This document shows, piece by piece, positions 33,891 through 34,436 of a stretch of 34,436 bases of DNA (position 1 is its first letter; the number at the start of each line of letters is the position of its first letter). The stretch comes from Candidatus Omnitrophota bacterium (GTDB lineage: Bacteria; Omnitrophota; Gorgyraeia; Gygaellales; JAHJCI01). Where the stretch lies: the NCBI GenBank assembly GCA_029932935.1, contig JAOZPD010000004.1:1-34436 (forward strand), given 5' to 3'. Made by a program: the position numbers and the translations under genes. The notes beneath the pieces were generated by a model. It did no database searches. It was not told where the DNA came from and saw only the letters and a list, made by a program, of their open reading frames with translations.

Positions 33891-34436
33891 TTACATTGAT
33901 TCCGGCGCCGATATACCTAAAAGTCTAAGACCATTTTGCAGAACTATCCGCACTGCCCATATCAGGCATAGCCTGGCTCGGCTTAGTTCTTTATCTTCAC
34001 CCAGAACGCGATATCGTTCATAAAACCTGTGAAAATCCTCAGAGACCTCCTGAAGGTAGACGGTTATAAAATAGGGGTCGAGATTCTTATAACATACCTC
34101 GAGTATGCGAGGAAACTGCCAAAGCCTCTTAATCAATCCCACCTCCTCCTTCTCCTTTAGAAGATTTAAATTAGCGGTATTAATCTGCTTTTCTCTAAAT
34201 TTGGCATTGCGTATAATACTACAGATACGAGCATGTGCATATTGCACATAATACACCGGATTCTCAGGAGTTTGTTTCTTGGCCAACTCTAAATCAAAAT
34301 CAAGATGGGCAGAGGTACGACGCATAAGGAAAAAAAAGCGGCTTGCATCAGAACCAACCTCTTTTATAATTTCTCTCAATGTAATATATTGCCCTTTTCT
34401 TGTTGACATTGGCAGGGCTTTACCCTCCCTGAATAG
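33891..34436 (-). CDS. argS: Arginine--tRNA ligase, C-terminal part (N-terminus lies beyond the right window edge)
   Basis: The frame is open through 34436 (..LFREGKALPMSTRKGQYITLREIIKEVGSDASRFFFL..). It has a DALR anticodon-binding domain and the typical C-terminal ..LGISAPESM. Confidence 0.93.
   Translation of the reverse strand, partial: LFREGKALPMSTRKGQYITLREIIKEVGSDASRFFFLMRRTSAHLDFDLELAKKQTPENPVYYVQYAHARICSIIRNAKFREKQINTANLNLLKEKEEVGLIKRLWQFPRILEVCYKNLDPYFITVYLQEVSEDFHRFYERYRVLGEDKELSRARLCLIWAVRIVLQNGLRLLGISAPESM

Noticed and set aside
1-34436. A scan for CRISPR arrays, tRNA/rRNA genes, IS/transposase or integrase genes, and toxin-antitoxin or known defence-system genes.
   Set aside because: None recognised. 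Intergenic spacers are short apart from 1881..2490 and 15114..15322, and no ORF shows transposase, integrase, nuclease-defence or Cas-like motifs.

Overview
Visibly AT-rich bacterial chromosomal segment, very tightly packed. I recognise 35 CDS, 34 of them on the minus strand, with many 1-8 nt overlaps, including three TAATG stop/start couplings. In transcription order (right to left): argS (partial), recJ, [rpmB on +], rplM-rpsI, a complete arginine pathway argC-J-B-D-F-G-H, a complete LL-DAP-aminotransferase lysine branch lysA-dapF-dapA-dapB-dapL, folK, panC, nadX, an 81-aa tandem-repeat basic protein, and uvrA. The accessory-looking left third follows: an 838-aa TPR protein, an ExbB/ExbD/TonB-like trio, a Zn-ribbon membrane peptide, an orphan MshEN (GspE-N) domain protein, two tandem PilB-type ATPases, PilC, a major type IV pilin with a poly-Gly tail, and three more prepilin-type genes (the last is cut by the window edge and missing from the ORF track). 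The most notable unannotated signal lies in the 610-nt gap between pilC and the major pilin. It is a c-di-GMP-I (GEMM-I) riboswitch-like aptamer with its own sigma70-type promoter and intrinsic terminator, followed by two more hairpin/U-run modules and a second promoter-like element. Together with three MshEN-type N-domains immediately upstream, the locus looks like a type IV filament system under c-di-GMP control at both RNA and protein level, and it sits in the same tight gene string as a proton-motive-force motor module. No tRNA, rRNA, CRISPR array, IS element or obvious pseudogene was seen by eye. All calls rest on motif recognition from the translated ORFs and manual reading of intergenic DNA; no searches were run.
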